A stretch of DNA of 64,000 nt from Eledone cirrhosa. Its lineage: Eukaryota. The notes below the pieces were generated by a model. The model ran no database searches, was not told the DNA's origin, and saw only the letters and a list, made by a program, of their open reading frames with translations. The position numbers were made by a program, and so were the translations under genes. Below are positions 24,214 through 32,990 of the stretch, piece by piece. Numbering within the stretch: the first letter of the stretch is position 1; every line of letters begins with the position of its first letter. The DNA is taken from contig OZ024743.1 of NCBI GenBank assembly GCA_964016885.1, positions 10,664,001-10,728,000 of the forward strand. Direction: 5' to 3'.

Positions 24214-27200
24214 TCATATATAAAGAGTCTTGCAAAGCTTCTTGGGCCAATGTACTCGCCGACCGCTACGTGTGGTGGTGACATATGTAGGTGTAGGTGT
24301 GTGCGATGTTATATGTGTATTGTGGCTTGGCTGATGCCAGGTGTATGTGGGGGGAAAATGGGGCTCTTGTGTGAGAGTGTCTGTATAGGCCCGTTTTACC
24401 CTGTCAATGGACACAGTCTCTTTTTTACCCCCAATGTCAAGGGTGAATAGCTTATCTGTGCGCTCAAGCATGCGATAGGGACCGGTATAAGGTGGCATGA
24501 GAGGAGCTCTCACGGCGTCCTTTCGTAAAAAGACGTGGGTCCATGAAGCAATGTCTTTCGGGACCGAAGATTTGATTGTCTGTTGGCGAGGGTGCATAGG
24601 CGGAAGATTGCTGAAATATGATTGCAGTCTGCTCACATACAGAGCTGGGTCTGTTGCTGGTAGGTCCAATGGAGCTAACATCTGACCAGGCAGAGATATA
24701 GGCACTCCGTAAACCAACTCGGCAGGAGAGTAGCCTAGATCTTCCTTGATGGCTGCACGACAGCCCAGGAGGACAATTGGTACATATTTGCTCCACCGCT
24801 GCTGATCCGGATAAGCGCGCAGTGCGGCTTTCAATTGGCAGTGGAAGCGTTCAATCATTCCGTTAGAAGCTGGATGGTAGCTGGTCGTTCGAATGCGTTG
24901 CATTCCCAGGATCCTTGAAAGCTCTCGGAAAAGGTGTGACTCAAATTGTCCACCGCGGTCAGTGGTGATAGTGGCTGGAACTCCGTAACGCGATATCCAA
25001 CCCGATACTAGGGCTCGCGCTACAGATTCCGCCGAAATGTCACTTAAAGGAATGGCTTCAGGCCAACGTGTGAAGCGATCTATGCAGGTCAGGAGGTATG
25101 TAAATCCTCGGCTGACCGGCCATGGTCCGACAAGATCTATATGGACATGGCTGAACCGAGCGTCTGGAGTGCTGAAAGTTCCAAGGGGTGCGCGGATGTG
25201 TTTGTGCACCTTTGACTTTTGGCAGGATAGGCAGGAACGTGTCCAGGCAGTGATGTCACGCCTCATATTAGGCCAGAAGAATCTAGCCGAAATGAGCTTC
25301 ACTGTGGTCGATATTCCAGGGTGTGCCAGACCGTGCAAGGTGTCGAAAACTGCTCGACGATGAGTCACTGGCACTAGAGAGCAAGGTGCATCTGTCGAGG
25401 TGTCGCAGATAATCTGTGTGTCCGAAGTGGGCACAGGCAGATATGCAAATTTGCCAGTTGCAAATTCAGAAGACGAGAGGTCCAAAGTATCCAGAGGTGG
25501 TTGTTCTGTGGCCATTCGTTGGAGGTCGATTTCCGCTGGCGATGACAGGGAATTAATTGGGAGGCGAGACAGTGCATCTGCCGCCGCATTCTGTTCACCA
25601 GAGATGTGTCGGATATCGCTGGTAAATTGCGAAACGAAGTCCAAGTGGCGAGTTTCGCGAGGTGAATATTTGTCCGGCTTAGAACGCAGTGCGAACGTAA
25701 GCGGACGGTGGTCAGTGTATATAACAAATTGGCGACCCTCCAGTGAATGCCGAAAGTGTTTCACTGCAAGGTACATAGCCAAGAGTTCACGGCCGAATGT
25801 GCTATACCGTGTTTCTGCAGGCTTCAGCTGTTTAGAAAAGTAGGCAAGAGGTTGTAACTGTTGTTGGTGATTTTGTTGCAGTACTGCACCTACAGCTGTG
25901 CCTGATGCATCAACAACCAGTGAAAACTGGGCACCAGACACAGGATGTGCAAGCAGTGATGTCTCCGCAAGCTTCCGCTTCACTTCGTCGAAGGCTTTTA
26001 GCTGATTCGTGTCCAATGAAATGGAATCGTTCTTCTTTTTCCTGTTACGTAACAGGTCGGACAGAGGAGACAGGAGATCCGCACAGTGTGGGATAAAGCG
26101 CCTGTAATAGTTCAGTAGCCCAAGGAAATGTCGTAGTTGACGAAGTGAAGTGGGTGGTTGGAGGTCTTGTACCGCTTTCACTTTATCAGGTAGTGGCGAA
26201 ATTCCTTCTGGGCTGATGACATGGCCCAAGAAGACAAGTGAGGAAGCACCGAAAACACATTTTGCTGGATTAATTCTCACTTGGTATTTTTGAAATCTCT
26301 CGAACAGGAGACGGAGGTGAGTGACATGTTCCTCAGGTGAGGCACTTGCCACAAGAATGTCGCCGATGTAGTTGTACACGAAGTCTAAATCGCGCACAAC
26401 TTCATCCATAAATCGTTGGAACGTGCTGGCTGCGTTTCGCAAACCGAAAGGCATGGTCAAAAATTCAAACGCTCCAAATGGAGTTGTTACTGCAGTTTTA
26501 GGTATGTCTGCCGGGTTCACCGGGATTTGGTGGTATGCTTTGACCAAATCCAATTTGGAGAATATGTTGCATCCATGCAGCGAAGATGCAAAATCCTGTA
26601 TGTGTGGTATCGGGTAGCGGTCGGGTACCATCATTGCATTTAACCGGCGAAAGTCCCCAGTGGGACGCCAATCACCGGAACGCTTTGGTACCAAATGCAA
26701 GGGTGCGGCCCACGGGCTTGAGGATGGGCGAATGATCCCGAGCTGCAGCATGTGATTGAATTCAGCCTTTGCGGCCTTCAGTTTCTCAGCAGAGAGACGG
26801 CGAGGGCGCGAAAACACAGGAGCTCCGGATGTTTCAATGTGGTGCTTGGTGGAGTGAGTAGGCTCACTCATCACAAAATTCAAATTTGTTAATTCCGGGA
26901 AGGAATGCAAAAGTGATTGGTAAGGATCTTCTGTAGCAGCGATAAAGAAGACCAGGCTGACCGACGAGACAGTCGATCTGGTACCCGGCACAGACAGTTC
27001 TGTGTTGGCATCCAACAACCGGCGTCTGCGCATATCCACTATCAAGTTATAGTGGTGCAGGAAATCTGAGCCTAGGATGGGGTAAGGCAGATCAGCAACA
27101 GTGAAGATCCACGTGAAATCTCTACGCAATTCCAGGTTCAAAGAACGAGAAATCTGACCGTACGTGGGGATCGGTGACTGGTTTACTGCTTGCAGAGAGA

Positions 27201-27375
27201 CGGTTGAGAGTTGGGGCTTCTCTTTGAGAAGTTTTAGCGGCCAAATGCTACAAGCCGCGCCGGTGTCGATCAGACAACGTGCTTGCGACTCAGTGTCTGT
27301 GATGAAAAACACATGGTTATTAGGGAGGGTCAGAGGAGACTGTGCCGTGCTCAGGTCTCCTGAAATCTGTTTCCC
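24214..27375 (-). CDS. pol: Pol polyprotein (aspartic protease, RT, RNase H, integrase), expressed via -1 frameshift from gag
   Basis: Protease LIDTGA. RT motifs [31 protein letters not shown] and YIGD (YxDD altered). RNase H VDAS, RELLA, YTDH, ADALSR. Integrase H-x3-H...CxxC, IDLVG/TDRG/IERF and GPY. The ORF is uninterrupted. Confidence 0.95.
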   Translation of the reverse strand, partial: GKQISGDLSTAQSPLTLPNNHVFFITDTESQARCLIDTGAACSIWPLKLLKEKPQLSTVSLQAVNQSPIPTYGQISRSLNLELRRDFTWIFTVADLPYPILGSDFLHHYNLIVDMRRRRLLDANTELSVPGTRSTVSSVSLVFFIAATEDPYQSLLHSFPELTNLNFVMSEPTHSTKHHIETSGAPVFSRPRRLSAEKLKAAKAEFNHMLQLGIIRPSSSPWAAPLHLVPKRSGDWRPTGDFRRLNAMMVPDRYPIPHIQDFASSLHGCNIFSKLDLVKAYHQIPVNPADIPKTAVTTPFGAFEFLTMPFGLRNAASTFQRFMDEVVRDLDFVYNYIGDILVASASPEEHVTHLRLLFERFQKYQVRINPAKCVFGASSLVFLGHVISPEGISPLPDKVKAVQDLQPPTSLRQLRHFLGLLNYYRRFIPHCADLLSPLSDLLRNRKKKNDSISLDTNQLKAFDEVKRKLAETSLLAHPVSGAQFSLVVDASGTAVGAVLQQNHQQQLQPLAYFSKQLKPAETRYSTFGRELLAMYLAVKHFRHSLEGRQFVIYTDHRPLTFALRSKPDKYSPRETRHLDFVSQFTSDIRHISGEQNAAADALSRLPINSLSSPAEIDLQRMATEQPPLDTLDLSSSEFATGKFAYLPVPTSDTQIICDTSTDAPCSLVPVTHRRAVFDTLHGLAHPGISTTVKLISARFFWPNMRRDITAWTRSCLSCQKSKVHKHIRAPLGTFSTPDARFSHVHIDLVGPWPVSRGFTYLLTCIDRFTRWPEAIPLSDISAESVARALVSGWISRYGVPATITTDRGGQFESHLFRELSRILGMQRIRTTSYHPASNGMIERFHCQLKAALRAYPDQQRWSKYVPIVLLGCRAAIKEDLGYSPAELVYGVPISLPGQMLAPLDLPATDPALYVSRLQSYFSNLPPMHPRQQTIKSSVPKDIASWTHVFLRKDAVRAPLMPPYTGPYRMLERTDKLFTLDIGGKKETVSIDRVKRAYTDTLTQEPHFPPTYTWHQPSHNTHITSHTPTPTYVTTTRSGRRVHWPKKLCKTLYI
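27334..27375 (-). promoter_or_regulatory. -1 programmed ribosomal frameshift signal
   Basis: Slippery heptamer G GGA AAC in the gag frame (27375-27369), a 7-nt spacer, then hairpin AGGAGAC...GTCTCCT (27361-27334). Pol is in the -1 frame relative to gag. Confidence 0.85.
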
Positions 27376-29381
27376 TGGTCTGAAAATGTACAAGGCTGTT
27401 TACAGGAGCATGCTGCTGCGCCAAAACGGCTGTGGTAGTAACACAAACCTGAACTGCTTGTGTGACGGCGTCGTGGCGAGGGTGAACGGCTCTGGAAACG
27501 GCGTCTGGGCGAATGAGCCCTGTGAGTGCTTAGTTTTCTCACTTCCTTGGTTAGCTGCTCTATTGCTTGCAGCATTGCTGCATTTGCAAGTGACTGGTCG
27601 GTATAACTGGCAGCCGCTGGAGTGAAGGAAGCGACCGCAGTCGGCGGCTGGGATACATTGACGGAGACAGGAGCGAACGGATTGACCGCAGCTGGTGGCT
27701 GAGATGCCTGGAAGGAGACAGGAGAGAACGGATTGACTGCAGTCGGTGGCTGAGGTGCCTGGAAGGAGGCAGGAGCGAACGGATTGACCGCAGCCGGTGG
27801 CTGAGGTGCCTGGAAGGAGGCAGGAGAGAACGGATTGACCGCAGTCGGTGGCTGAGGTGCCTGGAAGGAGGCAGGAGCGAACGGATTGACCGCAGCCGGT
27901 GGCTGGGATACATTGAAGGAGACAGGAGCGAACGGATTGACCGCAGCCGGTGGCTGAGGTGCCTGGAAGGAGGCAGGAGAGAACGGATTGACCGCAGTCG
28001 GTGGCTGAGGTGCCTGGAAGGAGACAGGAGCGAACGGATTGACCGCAGTCGGTGGCTGAGGTGCCTGGAAGGAGACAGGAGCGAACGGATTGACCGCAGT
28101 CGGTGGCTGAGGTGCCTGGAAGGAGACAGGAGCGAACGGATTGACCGCAGCCGGTGGCTGAGGTGCCTGGAAGGAGACAGGAGAGAACGGATTGACCGCA
28201 GTCGGTGGCTGAGGTGCCTGGAAGGAGGCAGGAGAGAACGGATTGACCGCAGCCGGTGGCTGAGGTGCCTGAAAGGAGACAGGAGCGAACGGAATAACCG
28301 CAGCCGGTGGCTGAGGTGCCTGGAAGGAGGCAGGAGAGAACGGATTGACCGCAGCCGGTGGCTGAGGTGCCTGAAAGGAGACAGGAGCGAACGGATTGAC
28401 CGCAGCCGGTGGCTGAGGTGCCTGGAAGGAGGCAGGAGAGAACGGATTGACCGCAGTCGGTGGCTGAGGTGCCTGGAAGGAGGCAGGAGAGAACGGATTG
28501 ACCGCAGTCGGTGGCTGAGGTGCCTGGAAGGAGGCAGGAGAGAACGGATTGACCGCAGCCGGTGGCTGAGGTGCCTGAAAGGAGACAGGAGCGAACGGAA
28601 TAACCGCAGCCGGTGGCTGAGGTGCCTGGAAGGAGGCAGGAGAGAACGGATTGACCGCAGCCGGTGGCTGAGGTGCCTGAAAGGAGACAGGAGCGAACGG
28701 ATTGACCGCAGCCGGTGGCTGAGGTGCCTGGAAGGAGGCAGGAGAGAACGGATTGACCGCAGTCGGTGGCTGAGGTGCCTGGAAGGAGGCAGGAGAGAAC
28801 GGATTGACCGCAGTCGGTGGCTGAGGTGCCTGGAAGGAGGCAGGAGAGAACGGATTGACCGCAGTCGGTGGCTGAGGTGCCTGGAAGGGGGCAAATGAGG
28901 CTGGGTGTCCGATGACACTCATAACCCTGTCGGCCGAAGCCGCTAGCTGGTCGACAGGAGCAGCCTCCATCATGGGCGCTAAGATCGCCTGAACTCCGGG
29001 GGGTAGCCTTGAGACAAAAAGCTGTCTAAGGAGGGCACTGTCAGCTGGGGCATCTTCCGCCAGCTCTCTCATCCGACGCAGTAGTTGTGTGGGCGTCCGA
29101 TCACCCAAATGTTCGTCATTGACGAGTGTCTGAAATTTTTTTTCTGCAGACAATGTGGTCCGCCGCAACACTTCGAGCTTCACGCTCTCATAGGAGGCCC
29201 CAGGGCGAGGATCGGTAATTAAGTCTTTGACGACCGACGTCAATGACGCTGGAAAAGCGCTTAACAGGAGATTTAACTGTCTGTGGTCACTGGTGATGTT
29301 ATTCGCTGTGAAATGTGCTTCTATCTGGGCGAACCAGACAGTGACGTCACCGGTAAACGGTGGCAATGAAGTGCTACCCAT
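27351..29381 (-). CDS. gag: Gag protein (~676 aa from ATG 29381) with a ~25x 17-aa Pro/Ala/Phe-rich NPF repeat
   Basis: N-terminal LPPF...[10 protein letters not shown] and [16 protein letters not shown] capsid-type motifs, an RS-rich basic stretch, and C-terminal [18 protein letters not shown]. Confidence 0.93.
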   Translation of the reverse strand: MGSTSLPPFTGDVTVWFAQIEAHFTANNITSDHRQLNLLLSAFPASLTSVVKDLITDPRPGASYESVKLEVLRRTTLSAEKKFQTLVNDEHLGDRTPTQLLRRMRELAEDAPADSALLRQLFVSRLPPGVQAILAPMMEAAPVDQLAASADRVMSVIGHPASFAPFQAPQPPTAVNPFSPASFQAPQPPTAVNPFSPASFQAPQPPTAVNPFSPASFQAPQPPAAVNPFAPVSFQAPQPPAAVNPFSPASFQAPQPPAAVIPFAPVSFQAPQPPAAVNPFSPASFQAPQPPTAVNPFSPASFQAPQPPTAVNPFSPASFQAPQPPAAVNPFAPVSFQAPQPPAAVNPFSPASFQAPQPPAAVIPFAPVSFQAPQPPAAVNPFSPASFQAPQPPTAVNPFSPVSFQAPQPPAAVNPFAPVSFQAPQPPTAVNPFAPVSFQAPQPPTAVNPFAPVSFQAPQPPTAVNPFSPASFQAPQPPAAVNPFAPVSFNVSQPPAAVNPFAPASFQAPQPPTAVNPFSPASFQAPQPPAAVNPFAPASFQAPQPPTAVNPFSPVSFQASQPPAAVNPFAPVSVNVSQPPTAVASFTPAAASYTDQSLANAAMLQAIEQLTKEVRKLSTHRAHSPRRRFQSRSPSPRRRHTSSSGLCYYHSRFGAAACSCKQPCTFSDQGNRFQET
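27630..28890 (-). repeat. 51-bp coding minisatellite inside gag (~25 copies)
   Basis: The plus-strand unit GAGGTGCCTGGAAGGAGGCAGGAGAGAACGGATTGACCGCAGTCGGTGGCT encodes [17 protein letters not shown] and variants. Confidence 0.97.
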
Positions 29382-30018
29382 TGTGTATACTGATGTAAAA
29401 GCAAAGGGCAAAGAAAGGACAACTCTGCACTTGTCACCGAGACAAAAGTGAAAATTCAGGCCAAGAAAAAATATAATCCGAGTGAAGGACAGAAAAAGAA
29501 AAATATATCAAAAACAATGTTGGAGGGAAAAACGTCAAGCTTTAAAAAAAAAAATTATGATTTATCTTTGTCCTATTATTTTTTTTTTTTGTGTACTTTT
29601 CAAAATGGCGTTGCCTCCGTCGTTTTGGCGGGAAAACAGCTGAAGAAGACGGAAGTCGGCCATCTTGCTCTGACCGGCTATCAGCATCAACAGTTTTTTT
29701 TTTTTTTATATAGCGTCGCCCAATCAGAAATTGAGAGGAAAAAATAAGATTTTTGTATTAACGCATGTGTTCGGTGATGTTAGAAAGTGAAGGTGTGATG
29801 TGCAGATTTAGTAACAATAAGACAATATATCAAATACATATTAGGACTCACGCTAATCGCGTACATACCCCGAGAAAAGGCGAGTGGCTTTGTTTTTTCT
29901 TTTTTTGGGGGGGATGCGAAATGTTGATGTGTTCGTTGCAACGGAAAGATGTGGTTTCTTCTGTGTTGATGTCCTTAAACGTTCGGGTCACCATTTATAA
30001 TGTGATTTGTTGTATCGT

Positions 30019-30036
30019 ATCACGTCGGGGTCACCA
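30019..30036 (-). promoter_or_regulatory. Primer-binding site complementary to tRNA-Trp
   Basis: Minus-strand TGGTGACCCCGACGTGAT, 2 nt after the 5' LTR. This is the known 18-nt tRNA-Trp PBS (as in avian leukosis viruses and CsRn1-clade elements). Confidence 0.93.
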
Positions 30037-30038
30037 TT

Positions 30039-30441
30039 TATAACAGGTTTTAGGGTCAATTCTTAATATACATAATAGAGATCAGAAGGCATTTAGAACA
30101 TTGACTAAATCCATTATCGATGTTGTAACTCTATTTATTAGTCGTACATGTTGAACGGATACATTAGGTACAGGTCGTATCTACATGTGTAGGATGTAGC
30201 TTGGTCCGCTTCATTGCAAGATGGAGATGTTGTTAGCAGCGATGAGTGTAGCCTGGTCTTGTCGATAAGAGAGGTGCGTGTAGACTAATGACTCTCTTGG
30301 TCACCTCCGCTCACACTGGTGACGTAGTTCTGGACAGTCGAATTAGTGCGCCGAAGGTTTTGATTGGCTCACACTTCAGCCAACTTACCTCCGTAACACC
30401 ATTCCTCCGCAGAAGGAAAATACATTTTATTCACTGCTACA
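30039..30441 (-). repeat. 5' LTR (403 bp)
   Basis: 402/403 identical to the 3' LTR and followed on the minus strand by the PBS. Confidence 0.97.
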
Positions 30442-31018
30442 ACCCCACCAAGGTTTCTTGGTGAGGAGGGTGACTTTGGACATCCTTCAGGACTAAAAAC
30501 AAAACCTGTCAAAGGGCAAAGGAGCTCTTAAGAGTCAATGGCCATCCAAAATCACCGGGAGAGATGACCCCTTAGCCGTTGTCAAGGCAGAATTCTAGGA
30601 GAGGGAAAACTCTGATATAACACCTGCAACCCTGATGGTATCCAATGATGTTGACTTGTTCTTCTTTTTGGTAAATATCATCTTGGTTAAGAGAGTGGGA
30701 CTGGGTTAAGAGAGTGGGACTGGCTTTGTGCAGTGCCTTTGCTCACTATAAAAGCTTCACCGCACAGGCGTTGCTTTATATCTGGAGATCTCTCTGCACT
30801 TGTCGTCACATGGTACCATGGGCCCAGCACTATGTGTCAGTAATTGTCACAAGTGTAGTGTTTGTACCAGAGTTTTCAAGTCACTGGCTGGACTAAAAAG
30901 TCACACTCGTTCAGCGCATCGGTAGAGGTTCTCCTACATGGATATAAAGTAGTGGCCGTACTCGAAAACGAGTTGGCAGCCACCATGTATGTATGTATGT
31001 ATGCTCATATATACAAGA

Positions 31019-31520
31019 ACTGCCTTCACTGGGCAGGACATCTGATACAGCTGGATGATAGTCGTATCCCCAAGTAGATGATTTTCTGAGAGCTGGCTGA
31101 AGGGAAAAGGACTCAGCAGAAATAAAATAAATGATTCAAGAACTGTGTCAAAGACTTGCTGTCACAATTCGATCTTGACCTTCACAACTGGGAAGTATAG
31201 ACAGCTGAAACAAGTGGAGAAAAATATACAAAGGATGTTGCTGGGCAAAAGAACTGCTCACATGGGAGCTGAAGTAGACTCAGCTATTCCTTAGTTTGTT
31301 TGACATGAGTGTGGCCAAATATGCTTGTCTCATGCAGGACTCCAAAGCCACTTCAGCAGTCATATAGACAACCTATTAAAAGATTTTGACTATCAAGCCA
31401 AAACCACAGATTTAGTTTGCAGTCTTTGCAGCAAACTCTATAAGTCTCTCGTCAGCTTCAAAAGTCACTGTCAATCTCACATTTGTAGGAAGAATCAGGT
31501 ATGAATCAAACTGTCAATGA
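31019..31520 (+). mobile_element. RTE-BovB-like LINE 3' end with two C2H2 zinc-finger remnants
   Basis: LHWAGHLIQLDDSRIPK*MIF*ELAEGKR, then FV*HECGQICLSHAGLQSHFSSH and LVCSLCSKLYKSLVSFKSHCQSH. Confidence 0.75.
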
Positions 31521-32020
31521 TGGTCATGCTCATCAAACAAATAAACAGGCATTATGTATGTATTATATGTATGCATGTGTATATATATATTGATATATGC
31601 ATGTATGTATGAGCATATGTATGTATATATGAATGTATGTGCATATATATGTATGTATGCATGTATATGTGTGTGTCTGTATGCATGTGTGTATGCATGT
31701 GCATGTGTGCATGTGCATACGTGTGTGTGAAAAACGGAAGAAAAATAAATGAATTCTTAATTTACTTATTTCAGAGATGATATGTCTATGAATTTCATTA
31801 GAATAAATATATATATATCACTGGTAGTAGACTTGGGTAAATCGATACATAATTGATAAATGCATTTCTTGTCTAGTGTATATAGTGCATCTGTCACCAT
31901 ATGTTGAATTACTTGTTGTCTATACCTATATGTACTTCGACTGGACCAAATAGAATGTTCATTATTAGATTGACACAGAAAGATGTGTTGGCAGTGGTTT
32001 TGGTTTGATAGAATTAATTG

Positions 32021-32022
<2 letters not shown>

Positions 32023-32084
<62 letters not shown>
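32023..32084. repeat. (TA)n microsatellite
   Basis: Directly visible. Confidence 0.95.
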
Positions 32085-32086
<2 letters not shown>

Positions 32087-32130
32087 CAAATAATTATATC
32101 AAACTTAAATCTATGTATATTTATATATAA

Positions 32131-32408
32131 CAGACCGGGTGATGTGTTGTTTCCTTGAGCAAGACACTTTATTTCACATTGCTCCAGTTTACTCAGCTGT
32201 AGAAATGAGATGATAGGGACTGGGGTCCCTATCATTCCACTGCAAAGTGGTCGTGGAGGTGCCACAGCAAAAAAGCACCCAGTACTCACTGTAAATGAGG
32301 TTGGTGTTAGGAAGGGCATCCAGCTGTAGAAATCAAGCCAGTATCAGGTCCTGTCCCACCCTTGTAAGCAGGGAAAAAGTGGACGTAAAATGAAATGATG
32401 ATAAATGA

Positions 32409-32410
<2 letters not shown>
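32131..32410 (+). mobile_element. SINE family B, 5'-truncated, plus orientation
   Basis: Reverse complement of the 18227-18484 and 11923-12194 copies. Confidence 0.85.
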
Positions 32411-32445
<35 letters not shown>

Positions 32446-32459
32446 GTGATGATGATGAT

Positions 32460-32499
<40 letters not shown>

Positions 32500-32500
<1 letters not shown>

Positions 32501-32858
32501 CTGCCCATTCGACACGAGTGTGCAAGAGAAGGAGAGGGAGAAAATTAACCGATACCAGGACTTAAAGTGGGAGGTCAAAAAGATTTGGAACTGCCATGAA
32601 GTCAAGGTGGTCTCGATTGTGATAGGCGCACTAGGTACTATCTCAAAGAATTTCCAAGGAAGGTTAAAGAAAATTGGCCCCGCCCCGCTTTTTGGAACAC
32701 TTCAAAAGGCATGCTTGCTGGGAACAGCAAGAACCCTCCGATACGTCCTGAATATCTGAGGCTGCAGGTAGTGGCTTGATATTAATTTCAACAAACTTTC
32801 CAGTTAAATAACATCAATGACTGAGACTCAAAGAACAATAATAAACTAATAATAATAA
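32500..32858 (+). mobile_element. 5'-truncated R4/Dong-clade element (RLE C-terminus and 3' UTR) in a (TAA)n tract
   Basis: Open frame CPFDTSVQEKEREKINRYQDLKWEVKKIW...VVSIVIGALG...LQKACLLGTARTLRYVLNI* (32502-32759). Flanked by (AAT)n at 32461-32499 and AATAAT runs at ~32837-32858. Confidence 0.88.
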
Positions 32859-32985
32859 GAGGAGTAAATTGAGCAGAAACAACGGAATCCAGGTACCAAC
32901 AGGTGAGATGATAAAGGAAATTGACACTGAAGAGGGATAGAAATATTTACATGTTCTGGAGACAGATGACATCAAGAACAAAAAA
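32857..32985 (+). mobile_element. Second R4/Dong fragment (end of RT domain)
   Basis: KRSKLSRNNGIQVPTGEMIKEIDTEEG*KYLHVLETDDIKN (cf. KRGK...GI.LP.G..IK....YKYLGILE.D.IK). Confidence 0.7.
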
Positions 32986-32990
32986 GGTAG

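Larger units (their letters stand above)
23589..30441 (-). mobile_element. Full-length Ty3/Gypsy LTR retrotransposon, CsRn1-like clade
   Basis: Two 403-bp LTRs, a 4-bp TSD ACCC (23585-23588, 30442-30445), a tRNA-Trp PBS and a PPT. Gag has a Cx2Hx9Cx3C (CHCC) knuckle, and pol runs PR-RT-RH-IN. No env. Confidence 0.97.

Noticed and set aside
27376-27393. Independent start codon for pol
   Set aside because: It is a non-ATG start upstream of the slippery site. -1 frameshifting explains pol expression better.
27560-28918. 452-aa Arg/Ser/His/Leu-rich overlapping ORF
   Set aside because: It is an alternative frame of the 51-bp gag repeat. The unit has no stop in any sense frame, so a long ORF is expected, and it has a non-ATG start with no independent support.
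29382-29411. Gag start at 29411 as given in the ORF track
   Set aside because: That is a TTG codon. The first ATG, at 29381, directly precedes the conserved LPPF motif.
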